From: Geopsychrobacteraceae bacterium
GTDB lineage: Bacteria > Desulfobacterota > Desulfuromonadia > Desulfuromonadales > Geopsychrobacteraceae
Length of the DNA stretch: 64,000 nt
Assembly (NCBI GenBank): GCA_963676795.2
Contig: CAXXTB010000002.1
Span: 640,001-704,000, forward strand
Direction of reading: 5' to 3'
Part shown: piece after piece, positions 20,323 through 29,005 of the stretch
How positions within the stretch are numbered: position 1 is the stretch's first letter
Layout of the letters: each line of letters begins with the position of its first letter
The notes under the pieces: generated by a model
What the model was told of the DNA's origin: nothing
The model's input: only the letters and a program-made list of their open reading frames with translations
Database searches by the model: none
Made by a program: the position numbers and the translations under genes

Positions 20323-20430
20323 AATGAACCTCCTCGCCGTCTTTGGCTATGCTGTGAATTGTTTTAAAGCTAGAACATTTCTCCTTATGTTATTCATCGG
20401 TTACCGCCCTAGTGTCCTGCGAGGTATGGC

Positions 20431-21129
20431 TTAGGCCGAAGCTTGATCCTTACAGTTCCGCTCTTCCTGCAAAGCTCTCATCCCTTTTGTGACATGGACC
20501 CTGATGATCTGTTTGGCCAATTCTTGATCACCGTCGGACAAAGCTGCGTGAATCTCTTTGTGCTCCTTCAGTGAGGCAAACAGTTCCCCCGGGCGGGAAA
20601 GGATGTTTGCTCTGAACAGCGTCAGTTTCCTGGTTATGTTTTCCAGCAGGGCTAGTAGACTTTTGTTGCCAGCCATCCTGAATATTTCAAAGTGAAACTT
20701 GAGGTTGGTTTTCAGGTAGGACTGGATATCGTTCTGCTTGGCATACTCTTCCATTTCGTCGATCAACAACTGCAGTATCTCCAGGTGGTGCCGGTTCTGA
20801 CTTGTCGCGGCTTTTTCGCAAGCCAAAAGTTCCAGCGTTGTCCTGATCTCGTAAAGTTCCAAGGCTTCTTCCTGGGAAACCGATTTGACAAAAGTGCCTT
20901 TGCCAACGCGAACCTCGACCATTCCAAACTTTTCAAGCTGTCTGCAGGCCTCTCTGATTGGTGCGCGGCTGACCCCCAACTTGGAAGACAGCTGGCTTTC
21001 GTTGATTCTCTCGCCGGGAGCGAACTCCCCGGACAAAATCAGTTTCTCAAGCTGTCTGGCAATGGCGCTTGTAATCGATTGGTTTTTAATTGAATCGAGT
21101 TCGCTAGCGTCAAGCATGCTTAATATCAT
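20431..21129 (-). CDS. GntR (FadR/FCD subfamily) transcriptional regulator
   Basis: ILSGEFAPGERINESQLSSKLGVSRAPIREA wHTH; FCD motifs NLKFH and EHKEI. Confidence 0.92.
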   Translation of the reverse strand: MILSMLDASELDSIKNQSITSAIARQLEKLILSGEFAPGERINESQLSSKLGVSRAPIREACRQLEKFGMVEVRVGKGTFVKSVSQEEALELYEIRTTLELLACEKAATSQNRHHLEILQLLIDEMEEYAKQNDIQSYLKTNLKFHFEIFRMAGNKSLLALLENITRKLTLFRANILSRPGELFASLKEHKEIHAALSDGDQELAKQIIRVHVTKGMRALQEERNCKDQASA

Positions 21130-21156
21130 TTATAGTCCCCTCTAAGAATCTAGATA

Positions 21157-21181
21157 TTGTCGCCTGTCGTCTGTCGACAAT
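21157..21181. promoter_or_regulatory. Putative GntR operator
   Basis: TTGTCGCC-TGTCGTC-TGTCGACAAT: palindromic TGTCGACA core plus 7-bp-periodic TGTCG half-sites, about 30-50 bp upstream of the GntR start. Confidence 0.5.
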
Positions 21182-21309
21182 TATATTTTTAACCATATAC
21201 TGGTGCGAAGTCAAGAAAGTAAAACAGGGTTATATGACATATGGGGGACGAAAATGAATATTTAAATGGTTTGTTTACGAAAAAAAGCAAAAATCAGCTT
21301 GTAAAAGGG

Positions 21310-21338
21310 TTGACCTGCGGTGCCCATTCACGTATAAA
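21310..21338 (+). promoter_or_regulatory. sigma70 promoter of tRNA-Lys/Glu pair 2
   Basis: TTGACC-17 nt-TATAAA, with an A-rich upstream tract. Confidence 0.7.
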
Positions 21339-21353
21339 AACCACCGTTGTTCG

Positions 21354-21429
21354 GAGCCGGTAGCTCAGTCGGTAGAGCATCTGACTTTTAATCAGATGGT
21401 CGTGGGTTCGATCCCCCCCCGGCTCACCA
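21354..21429 (+). tRNA. tRNA-Lys (TTT), copy 2
   Basis: Identical to 14115-14190. Confidence 0.97.
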
Positions 21430-21480
21430 TTTACAACAACCTAAAGCGGAGACATTTTCCGCGAGGGATAGCAGTTATAA

Positions 21481-21558
21481 GTCCCTATCGTCTAGCCTGG
21501 CCTAGGACACCGCCCTTTCACGGCGGCGACGGGGGTTCGAATCCCCCTGGGGACGCCA
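21481..21558 (+). tRNA. tRNA-Glu (TTC), copy 2
   Basis: Identical to 14243-14320. Confidence 0.97.
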
Positions 21559-21609
21559 GACCAACAAAAAAGCCTCATCACGAAAGTGATGAGGCTTTTT
21601 TGTTGGTCT
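21558..21609 (+). terminator. Intrinsic terminator after tRNA-Glu copy 2
   Basis: Perfect 24-bp inverted repeat AGACCAACAAAAAAGCCTCATCAC-GAAA-GTGATGAGGCTTTTTTGTTGGTCT. Confidence 0.85.
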
Positions 21610-21619
21610 TTTATCCTTC

Positions 21620-21744
21620 GGGATTCGAAGCGAAGCGAGCGCACCCTTAATGGGTGAAAAGCGGCCATGGATGGCCGCGTCAGCGAGTGGAGGGGGGCCT
21701 GCGCAGGAGCCCGCGTGATGCGGGCGACGAAGTAGGCGAATCCC
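21620..21744. repeat. tRNA-linked structured repeat, full copy 2 (125 bp)
   Basis: GGGATTCG...CGAATCCC, with the same three hairpin loops (TTAAT, TGGA, GTGAT) as copy 1. Confidence 0.85.
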
Positions 21745-21780
21745 AGCCCGTAATGGCAGCGCCTTTCATAGTAGAATATA

Positions 21781-21867
21781 GGTCTCACCACAAACGTGGT
21801 GAGGCTTTTCTGTTGGTCTATCATCCGTCGGGATTCGAAACGGAACGAAGCGCTGACTTAATGTCAG
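21781..21867. repeat. Second terminator-like hairpin plus truncated copy 3 of the structured repeat
   Basis: GGTCTCACCAC-aaac-GTGGTGAGGCTTTTCTGTTGGTCT, then GGGATTCGAAACGGAACGAAGCG-CTGAC-TTAAT-GTCAG; offset 210 bp from copy 2. Confidence 0.8.
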
Positions 21868-22052
21868 AAAAAAACCGCCCATCAGACCACCTCCAGCCAA
21901 ATAGTCCTTTCCCTGATTTTTTTTCGTATTTGAAAATATTTTGAAAACTTTAATGCTAATATTTGTCAATATTGTAGTCTTTATCTTGTAACTCCCTGTT
22001 CAGCTTCACACGATTAACAATATAAAAGCCTTTGTCGGGATGGAGGTCTGCC

Positions 22053-23012
22053 ATGAGCACTGCTGATAAACAGGAAATTTTGCTGGAAAGCGGGACCAAT
22101 GAACTTGAGATTATTGAGTTCTATGTCGGAACCCAGCCTCTGGGCATCAATGTTCAAAAGCTCAAGGAGATTATTCCTTTTGATGAATCGACCCTGACCG
22201 TTGTCCCGCAGAGTCATCCCGCAGTGCTCGGGACATTGCTTTTGCGAGGAGAAACCATTCCTCTGCTCGATCTGAAAAAATACCTCAATCAGCGTGTGAA
22301 GTCGCAGGAATCCGAAGAGGCCAGATCGGTTGTCATGGTCTGCGAGTTCAATCACCGGATCAATGGTTTCAAGGTCGAGGGGGTCAATCAGATCCACCGC
22401 ATCTCCTGGAATTCGGTGGAGCCGATGGCACCGATCCTCAATCAGTTCGGACCGCGGTTCACCGGCAGTATCCATATCGGCGATCGGGAGATTCTGCTGC
22501 TCGATCTAGAAAGTATCGTCGGAGAGCTGGATCCTGAGTCGGTTCTGGAGGCTCCAAAGGGGCAGATTGACCAGCCTCAGGACCCGGGGAAGCAGGAAAG
22601 ACGTCGGCAGGCCAAGATCCTGATGGCCGAGGATTCATCGATTATCCGCTCCGGGATCGAGAAGGTTCTGCACGAGGCGGGGTTCGATCAGTTGGAAGTC
22701 TTTGTCGATGGTGAGAAGTGCTATCAGCGGATTCTGCAGCTGAAGAAGCAGGCCGATGAGGCGGGGAAGGACATCAAGGACTACCTGAAACTGCTGATCA
22801 GTGATATCGAGATGCCGAAGATGGACGGTCTGACCCTGTGCCGCAAGGTCAAAGAGGAGCTCAACTATAAACATGTGCCGGTGGTGCTCTTCTCTTCGCT
22901 GATCAATCCGCCGATGGAGGTGAAGTGCGATTCGGTCGGTGCCGACAACTATGCGTCGAAGCCTGAATTGGCCAAATTGATCGCTCTCATCGATCATTAC
23001 ATCAGCCTCTGA
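22053..23012 (+). CDS. cheV: Chemotaxis protein CheV (CheW + receiver)
   Basis: ILLESGTNELEIIEF, GINVQKLKEI, LRGETIPLLDL; receiver AEDSS and ISDIEMPKMDG. Confidence 0.93.
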   Translation: MSTADKQEILLESGTNELEIIEFYVGTQPLGINVQKLKEIIPFDESTLTVVPQSHPAVLGTLLLRGETIPLLDLKKYLNQRVKSQESEEARSVVMVCEFNHRINGFKVEGVNQIHRISWNSVEPMAPILNQFGPRFTGSIHIGDREILLLDLESIVGELDPESVLEAPKGQIDQPQDPGKQERRRQAKILMAEDSSIIRSGIEKVLHEAGFDQLEVFVDGEKCYQRILQLKKQADEAGKDIKDYLKLLISDIEMPKMDGLTLCRKVKEELNYKHVPVVLFSSLINPPMEVKCDSVGADNYASKPELAKLIALIDHYISL

Positions 23013-23181
23013 TCTGTAAAATAACAAGCGCTCCCGGCAGTCAGCCGGGGGCGTTTACCTTTCATTCTCCGCGTCTCTTTCCTGAGGACCCGGGTGGTCA
23101 CCTTGAATATCCGTCGCAGGCTTGTTAAGGTTGAGTGCTGGATTTGTCCACCCTCCTCACAACTGAAACGGATAAGTCAAA

Positions 23182-25323
23182 ATGTATATTGCACTGTTAA
23201 GCCTGCATGGGTTGATCCGCGGCCATCATCTCGAACTGGGGCGGGATGCCGATACCGGCGGACAGACCCTCTACGTCCTCGAGCTGGCTCAGGCTCTGTC
23301 CCGCCAGAGCAAAGTTTCGCGTATCGACCTGATCACCCGCAGGGTTGTTGACCCTGCCGTCTGTGCAGATTACCGCCAGAAAATCGAACTCCTGGGCGAC
23401 AAGCTGCGTATCGTCCGGATCGATGCCGGCCCGGAAGAGTATATCGTCAAGGAGCGTCTGTGGGATCATCTGGATGTTTTCACCGATAATCTGGCTCACT
23501 ATTTTCAGGAGCAGGGGAGTGTTCCGGATATTCTGCACAGTCACTATGCCGATGCCGGTTACGTCGGTTCCTTGCTGGCGCAGCGTTTTGCCAAGCCGTT
23601 GATTCATACCGGCCATTCTCTGGGGCGGGTCAAGTTGAACCGGCTGCTCGACAGTGGTCTTGGGAACGATGCCATTGAGCAGCGCTTCAATATGAGTCGC
23701 AGAATTCAGGCTGAAGAGATGACCCTGGCGACGGCCCAGCTGGTTATTGCCAGTACCAGCCAGGAAGTGCAGGAGCAGTATGAGGCTTACGATTACTATC
23801 AGCCGCAGCACATGAGGGTTATCCCCCCGGGGGTCAACCTCAATCAGTTCCGTCCTGCCGACCAGGGTTTTCTGGCTGACCCGCTCTGCCAGGTTTTGAC
23901 AAAGTCTCTGGTGCGGCCGGAAAAGCCGCTGATCCTGTCGTTATCCCGGGCAGATATGCGCAAGAATATCAATGCGCTGGTTGAAGCCTACGGTCGCTCA
24001 GCGGAGTTGCAGCAACAGGCCAACCTGGTGGTGGTCGCCGGCAATCGCGACGATATCGAGGAGCTCAATGAAGGAGCCAGAGAGTTTTTTCAGGAGCTTC
24101 TGCTGACGATCGACCGCTATGATCTGTATGGCCGGATTGCCCTGCCCAAACAGCATGAGCGCGATCAGGTGGCGCAGATCTATCGCTGTGCGGCGGCTTC
24201 CGGCGGTATATTTGTCAATCCGGCCCTGACTGAACCTTTCGGTCTGACCCTGCTCGAAGCGGCTGCCTCGGGTCTGCCGGTCGTAGCGACGAACGATGGC
24301 GGGCCGACCGACATCATTGCCAATTGTCAGAACGGCATCCTGGTCGACCCTCTCGACCCGGACGAAATCGCGGCAGCCCTCAAGCATCTTTTGAGCGACC
24401 GGTCGCTCTGGAACTGTTGTCGTGAGCAGGGGCTTGCCGGGGTGCGCCGCCACTATTCATGGGAGGCTCATGCCTGCCGCTATCTGGAAGAGATCGAGCC
24501 GCTTGCCGATCGCTCCCGGCCGCTCTATTACAAGTCGCTCGATATGTCGTCGGCCTCTTACCGTGACCGGGTCTTCGTCTCAGATCTTGATCTGAACCTG
24601 ATCGGCGACGACGCCGCACTGGCGCGGCTGATCAGCCTGATCCGCAGGCACCGGACGACGACGCTCTTTGTCCTGGCGACCGGCCGCCGTCTTGATGCGG
24701 CCCTGAAGCTGATGAGGACCCACCGGATTCCCGAGCCGCATATCCTGATCGCCAGCAGTGGGACCGAGATCTACTACGCACCGGAGCTGGTTGCAGACCG
24801 CGTCTGGGCGCAACATATCGATTATCACTGGACCCCGCATCTTGTACGCAAGCTTTTGGGCGAAATCGACGGGCTCAAGCTGCAACCCCGCTCGGAGCAG
24901 AGTCGCTTCAAACTCAGTTACTATATCGATCCTGAGAAGGTTGACATCGGCCATATCGAGTCGCTGCTCCATCAGAACGATCAGTCGGTGCACGTTCAGC
25001 TGGCTTTCGGCCAGTTTCTCGACATTCTCCCCCTGCGTGCCTCAAAGGGGCAGGCGTTGCGTTATCTTCCGGCACTCAGGGAGATCCCTTTGAGTCGGGT
25101 CTTTGTTGCCGGCGGGTCCGGGGCGGATGAGGATATGATGCGCGGCAACACCCTGGCGGCCGTTGTTGCCAACCGGCATGAGGAAGAGCTTTCGGATCTG
25201 GTCGATCTTGAGCGGATCTACTTCTCCGAGCAGTCGCACGCGGCAGGCATTCTTGAGGCTCTCAAGTTCTACGATTTCTTCGGAACCTGCCGGGACCCGC
25301 GTGAGCAGGGGGCTGTGCAGTGA
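23182..25323 (+). CDS. sps: Sucrose-phosphate synthase (GT4 domain + degenerate HAD domain)
   Basis: ELGRDADTGGQ, HSHYADAG, HTGHSLG, NPALTEPFGLTLLEAAA; C-terminal SPP-like domain. Confidence 0.88.
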   Translation: MYIALLSLHGLIRGHHLELGRDADTGGQTLYVLELAQALSRQSKVSRIDLITRRVVDPAVCADYRQKIELLGDKLRIVRIDAGPEEYIVKERLWDHLDVFTDNLAHYFQEQGSVPDILHSHYADAGYVGSLLAQRFAKPLIHTGHSLGRVKLNRLLDSGLGNDAIEQRFNMSRRIQAEEMTLATAQLVIASTSQEVQEQYEAYDYYQPQHMRVIPPGVNLNQFRPADQGFLADPLCQVLTKSLVRPEKPLILSLSRADMRKNINALVEAYGRSAELQQQANLVVVAGNRDDIEELNEGAREFFQELLLTIDRYDLYGRIALPKQHERDQVAQIYRCAAASGGIFVNPALTEPFGLTLLEAAASGLPVVATNDGGPTDIIANCQNGILVDPLDPDEIAAALKHLLSDRSLWNCCREQGLAGVRRHYSWEAHACRYLEEIEPLADRSRPLYYKSLDMSSASYRDRVFVSDLDLNLIGDDAALARLISLIRRHRTTTLFVLATGRRLDAALKLMRTHRIPEPHILIASSGTEIYYAPELVADRVWAQHIDYHWTPHLVRKLLGEIDGLKLQPRSEQSRFKLSYYIDPEKVDIGHIESLLHQNDQSVHVQLAFGQFLDILPLRASKGQALRYLPALREIPLSRVFVAGGSGADEDMMRGNTLAAVVANRHEEELSDLVDLERIYFSEQSHAAGILEALKFYDFFGTCRDPREQGAVQ

Positions 25324-26177
25324 AGGATGCCCGGCTACTGCTCTGCTGTGATATGGACCGGACGGTGATTCCCAACGGTCAGGCGCCGGAATATCCTCTG
25401 GCGCGCCACTGGCTGCGACGCTTCTGTCGTCTTGACAATGTCTGTCTGGTCTATGTCACGGGGCGTCACCGTGCGCTGGTTGAGGCCGCCATTGAGGCTT
25501 ATCAGCTGCCGACCCCTGACTATGTTATCGGTGACGTTGGCAGTACCATCTACCGGGTTCAGGACGGTCAGTGGTTGCATCTGGAGGCCTGGGAAGAGCA
25601 AATCGCACCTGACTGGAACGGTCACTCGCGGGAAGTTCTGGAGCAGGTTCTGAGCCCCCTCGGGACGTTGGAGTTGCAGGAAATAGAAAAACAGAATCGC
25701 TACAAACTCAGTTATTACCTGCCGTTGTCCGCGGAGCATGATCTCCTTTTCGAACGGATGCGGTCGCAGCTTGCTGAGCTTGGCGTCAGGGCCAACCTGA
25801 TCTGGAGTATCGATGAGGCGGCCCGGGTTGGTCTGGTCGATGTTCTTCCACTGTCCGCCAACAAGTTGCACGGGTTAAGGTTCCTGGTAGGTCTGCTGAA
25901 CTACGGGCTGGACGAGGTCCTGTTTGCCGGGGACAGCGGAAACGATCTCGATGTCCTTGAGAGCGATATCCCGGCAGTTCTGGTCGGCAATGCCGGCGCA
26001 GAGATGAGAGCGCAGGCCCTCAGTCGTGCCCGAATGGCCGGCTTTCCGGAACGGCTCTATCTGGCCCGGGCGGGTAGCGAAGGGCTGGGGAATTACGCAT
26101 CGGGGGTATTGCAGGGCGTGGCGCATTTTTTTCCGCGTTTCGCGCTCATAATAGAAGAGCTGACCTGTTGCCGGTGA
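25320..26177 (+). CDS. spp: HAD-IIB sucrose-phosphate phosphatase-like protein
   Basis: CDMDRT motif I, YVTGR, QNRYKLSY, K in ANKLHGL, GDSGND; overlaps the sps stop. Confidence 0.82.
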   Translation: MKDARLLLCCDMDRTVIPNGQAPEYPLARHWLRRFCRLDNVCLVYVTGRHRALVEAAIEAYQLPTPDYVIGDVGSTIYRVQDGQWLHLEAWEEQIAPDWNGHSREVLEQVLSPLGTLELQEIEKQNRYKLSYYLPLSAEHDLLFERMRSQLAELGVRANLIWSIDEAARVGLVDVLPLSANKLHGLRFLVGLLNYGLDEVLFAGDSGNDLDVLESDIPAVLVGNAGAEMRAQALSRARMAGFPERLYLARAGSEGLGNYASGVLQGVAHFFPRFALIIEELTCCR

Positions 26178-26219
26178 GTAGCGCAACGTCAAAGGGATGT
26201 AACCGAAAAGCCGACAGGG

Positions 26220-28181
26220 GTGAATATGTACGAACAGGTGGCCCATTCTCTGCTGAACGATATTCTGAATCGTATTCAGCCCGAAATCTCGAAAGAGGAT
26301 CTGCGTCATTTCTATACCCGCCTCGGGGCCAATTTCTATGCTATTCATGCCCTCTTTGAAAAACTTTACGGCAGTCGCAGTGACTTTGTCGACCAGGCCC
26401 AGGCGCTGGTTGAAACCATGGCCCGGCAGTATATCGCCAGGCCGGCGCACCTGCGCCAGCTTGATCTGGAGCGGGAGAGGGACTACAACTGGTTTTTAAG
26501 TCAGAAGTGGGTCGGCATGGCCCTCTACTGTGACGGCTTTGCCGATAACCTGTCAGGCCTGCGTCAGCGTCTCGGCTACTTTCAGGAGCTGGGAGTCAAC
26601 CTGGTTCATGTCATGCCGATCATGCGCTGTCCGCCGGGAAAGAGCGACGGCGGCTATGCGATCAGTGATTTCCGCGAGATCGATCCGGCCGTAGGCACGC
26701 TTGGTGACCTGGATGCGCTGGCGGCCGAGATGCGCGAACGTGGCATCCTGCTGGTCCTCGATGTTGTCGTCAATCATACCTCGGACAGTCATTTCTGGGC
26801 GCTCAAGGCGCGCACCGGCGATCCACGTTATCTCGATTACTATTACACCTTCAAGACCCGCAACGTGCCTGACATGTTCGAGCAGAGCATGCCGGAGATC
26901 TTCCCTGAAACCTCGCCCGGCAATTTTACCTGGGACGAGTCGATGCAGCGCTGGGTGATGACCGTTTTCAACGATTTTCAGTGGGATCTCAACTATTCCA
27001 ACCCGGCAGTTTTTATTGAGATGCTTAACATTCTGCTATTCTGGGCCAATCGCGGGGCGGACGTCCTGCGCCTTGACGCAGTGGCCTTCCTGTGGAAGAA
27101 GATCGGCAGCACCTGTCAGAATGAGCGAGAGGCGCACCTGATCCTGCAACTGTTCAAGGATTGTTGTCAGGTGACGGCCCCAGGGGTGGTTTTCATCGCC
27201 GAAGCGATTGTCGCTCCGACTGAGATGATCAAGTATTTCGGTGAGGATGCCGTCATTGCCAAGGAGTGCGAGATCGCTTACAACGCAACCTTCATGGCTC
27301 TGTTGTGGGAAGCTGTGGCGACTAAGAACGCGCGGCTGCTCAATCAGGGGATCAGGAACCTGCCGAGTAAGCTGGACCGGGCGACCTGGCTCAATTATAT
27401 CCGTTGTCATGATGATATCGGCTTCGGATTTGATGATCGAGACATTGTCCAGTGCGGTTATAATCCGTTGGAACACCGCAGATTCCTGGTCGACTACTTT
27501 ACCGGCAAGTTTCCCGGATCCCACGCGCGTGGCTTGCCGTTCGGCCAGAATGACAAAACCGGCGACGCCAGGATCTCCGGTTCCCTGGCGTCCCTGGCTG
27601 GCCTTGAGTACGCCCTCGAGCTGGGCGACGATCAGGCCGTCAACGATGCCATCAAGCTGATCCTGCTGCTGCATGGCATGATCCTCTCCTTCGGCGGTAT
27701 TCCGTTGCTCTATTACGGGGATGCCATGGGGGTGCTCAATGATGATTCCTATGTCAACGATCCGGACAAGCAGGGGGACAGCCGCTGGGTTCACCGCCCT
27801 TCAATCGACTGGGAGCAGGCCGCCCGCCGGCATCTGCCGGATACCCTGGAATACAAGATTTTCAGCGAGCTGAAAAAGATGATCTCTGTGCGCAAGGAGA
27901 TCTCCTGTTTTGCCGATTTCAACAACCGTGAGCTGATCGATGTCGGTAATCCGCACCTGTTTGTCTATGGCCGTTACTGTCCCGGCTATTCCGGCGACCA
28001 GGTTCTGGTTGTTGCCAATTTCAGTGAGTATCCCCAGTCCCTTGAGTTTGCCGATCTCGGCAGCTGGACCCCCAAGTATGGCAAGTTTGTCGACCTGGTA
28101 CGCGGCGAGGCTCCCGAGCACTTCAATGAGAGCCTGGTCGTGCCCGGCTATGATTTTTACTGGCTGACCGACAGAACCTAG
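26220..28181 (+). CDS. Amylosucrase-like GH13 glycoside hydrolase
   Basis: SDGGYA, VVNHTS, QWDLNY; catalytic RLDAVAF, IAEAIV and RCHDDIG; ARISG, DSRWVHRP. Confidence 0.88.
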   Translation: MNMYEQVAHSLLNDILNRIQPEISKEDLRHFYTRLGANFYAIHALFEKLYGSRSDFVDQAQALVETMARQYIARPAHLRQLDLERERDYNWFLSQKWVGMALYCDGFADNLSGLRQRLGYFQELGVNLVHVMPIMRCPPGKSDGGYAISDFREIDPAVGTLGDLDALAAEMRERGILLVLDVVVNHTSDSHFWALKARTGDPRYLDYYYTFKTRNVPDMFEQSMPEIFPETSPGNFTWDESMQRWVMTVFNDFQWDLNYSNPAVFIEMLNILLFWANRGADVLRLDAVAFLWKKIGSTCQNEREAHLILQLFKDCCQVTAPGVVFIAEAIVAPTEMIKYFGEDAVIAKECEIAYNATFMALLWEAVATKNARLLNQGIRNLPSKLDRATWLNYIRCHDDIGFGFDDRDIVQCGYNPLEHRRFLVDYFTGKFPGSHARGLPFGQNDKTGDARISGSLASLAGLEYALELGDDQAVNDAIKLILLLHGMILSFGGIPLLYYGDAMGVLNDDSYVNDPDKQGDSRWVHRPSIDWEQAARRHLPDTLEYKIFSELKKMISVRKEISCFADFNNRELIDVGNPHLFVYGRYCPGYSGDQVLVVANFSEYPQSLEFADLGSWTPKYGKFVDLVRGEAPEHFNESLVVPGYDFYWLTDRT

Positions 28182-29005
28182 CAGGCTGAGCTAAGCTCCC
28201 GAGCGAGGATCATCAGTTTTCTTTCGATGCCCCAGTGGTAGCCACCCGGGGTCCCGTCTGAGCGCAGGACTCGGTGGCAGGGGATCAGGTAGGCGAGGGG
28301 ATTGCGGCCAACTGCATTGGCCACGGCCCGGTGGGCTCCCGGCTCGTCGATGCGGGTCGCCAGGTCGCTGTAACTTATGAGCGAACCCGCAGGGATTTTG
28401 AGCAGCGCCCGCCAGACCTTGATCTGGAAATTGGTTCCTTTGAGCAACAGCGGTAACGGAGCCTTGCGGCTGTTGTGCTGTGGGAAAATTTGAATGAAGG
28501 TTTCGCCGGTCCGCTGCCGGTCTGCGTAGAGTGTTGCTTCCGGCCAGTCGCTGTGTAACCTGGCCAGGGCCTGATGGGGGCTGTCGTCGATGAACTCCAG
28601 GCTACAGATCCCGCGTCCTGTTACTGCCAGCAGGCACGGTCCGAAGGGACTGGGGTGGATAGCATAGTAGATCTGCAGGTGTTTCCCCCAGTTGCGGTAT
28701 TCGCCCGGGGTCACGGCATCGACGCTGACCAGCAGATCGTGCAGGCGGCTGGGGCTGCTCAAGCCGAGTTCAAAGCTGGCATCGAGAAGCGAAACTGAGC
28801 GGTTGAGAACCGACTTGGCCTGCTGGTTGAGCAGGTGCTGGCAGAAGCGTTTGGGGCTGATCCCCGCATATTCTTTGAAGAGCCGTTGGAAATGGTAGGG
28901 GCTCAGGCCCGCTTTTTCGGCGCATTCTTCCAGCGACGGCTGGCGACTGTATTCTTCCCTGAGAAAATTGATGGCAGCGGCGATACGCTTGAAATTGTCA
29001 GCCAT
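28178..29005 (-). CDS. ada: Ada-like AraC-HTH / methylated-DNA-protein-cysteine methyltransferase
   Basis: SPYHFQRLFK HTH, GTNFQIKVW, active-site PCHRV; AAGGAG RBS before ATG 29005. Confidence 0.88.
   Translation of the reverse strand: MADNFKRIAAAINFLREEYSRQPSLEECAEKAGLSPYHFQRLFKEYAGISPKRFCQHLLNQQAKSVLNRSVSLLDASFELGLSSPSRLHDLLVSVDAVTPGEYRNWGKHLQIYYAIHPSPFGPCLLAVTGRGICSLEFIDDSPHQALARLHSDWPEATLYADRQRTGETFIQIFPQHNSRKAPLPLLLKGTNFQIKVWRALLKIPAGSLISYSDLATRIDEPGAHRAVANAVGRNPLAYLIPCHRVLRSDGTPGGYHWGIERKLMILARELSSAC

Noticed and set aside
14509..21309. Classical integrative island or prophage at tRNA-Glu
   Set aside because: No integrase, transposase or phage gene, and whole tRNA operons are repeated rather than a 3' att fragment; reported instead as an atypical cassette.
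14383..21867. Interpreting the repeated hairpin units as a CRISPR array or integron attC array
   Set aside because: There are no identical repeats with regular unique spacers, no cas or intI gene in the window, and no RYYYAAC/GTTRRRY attC ends.
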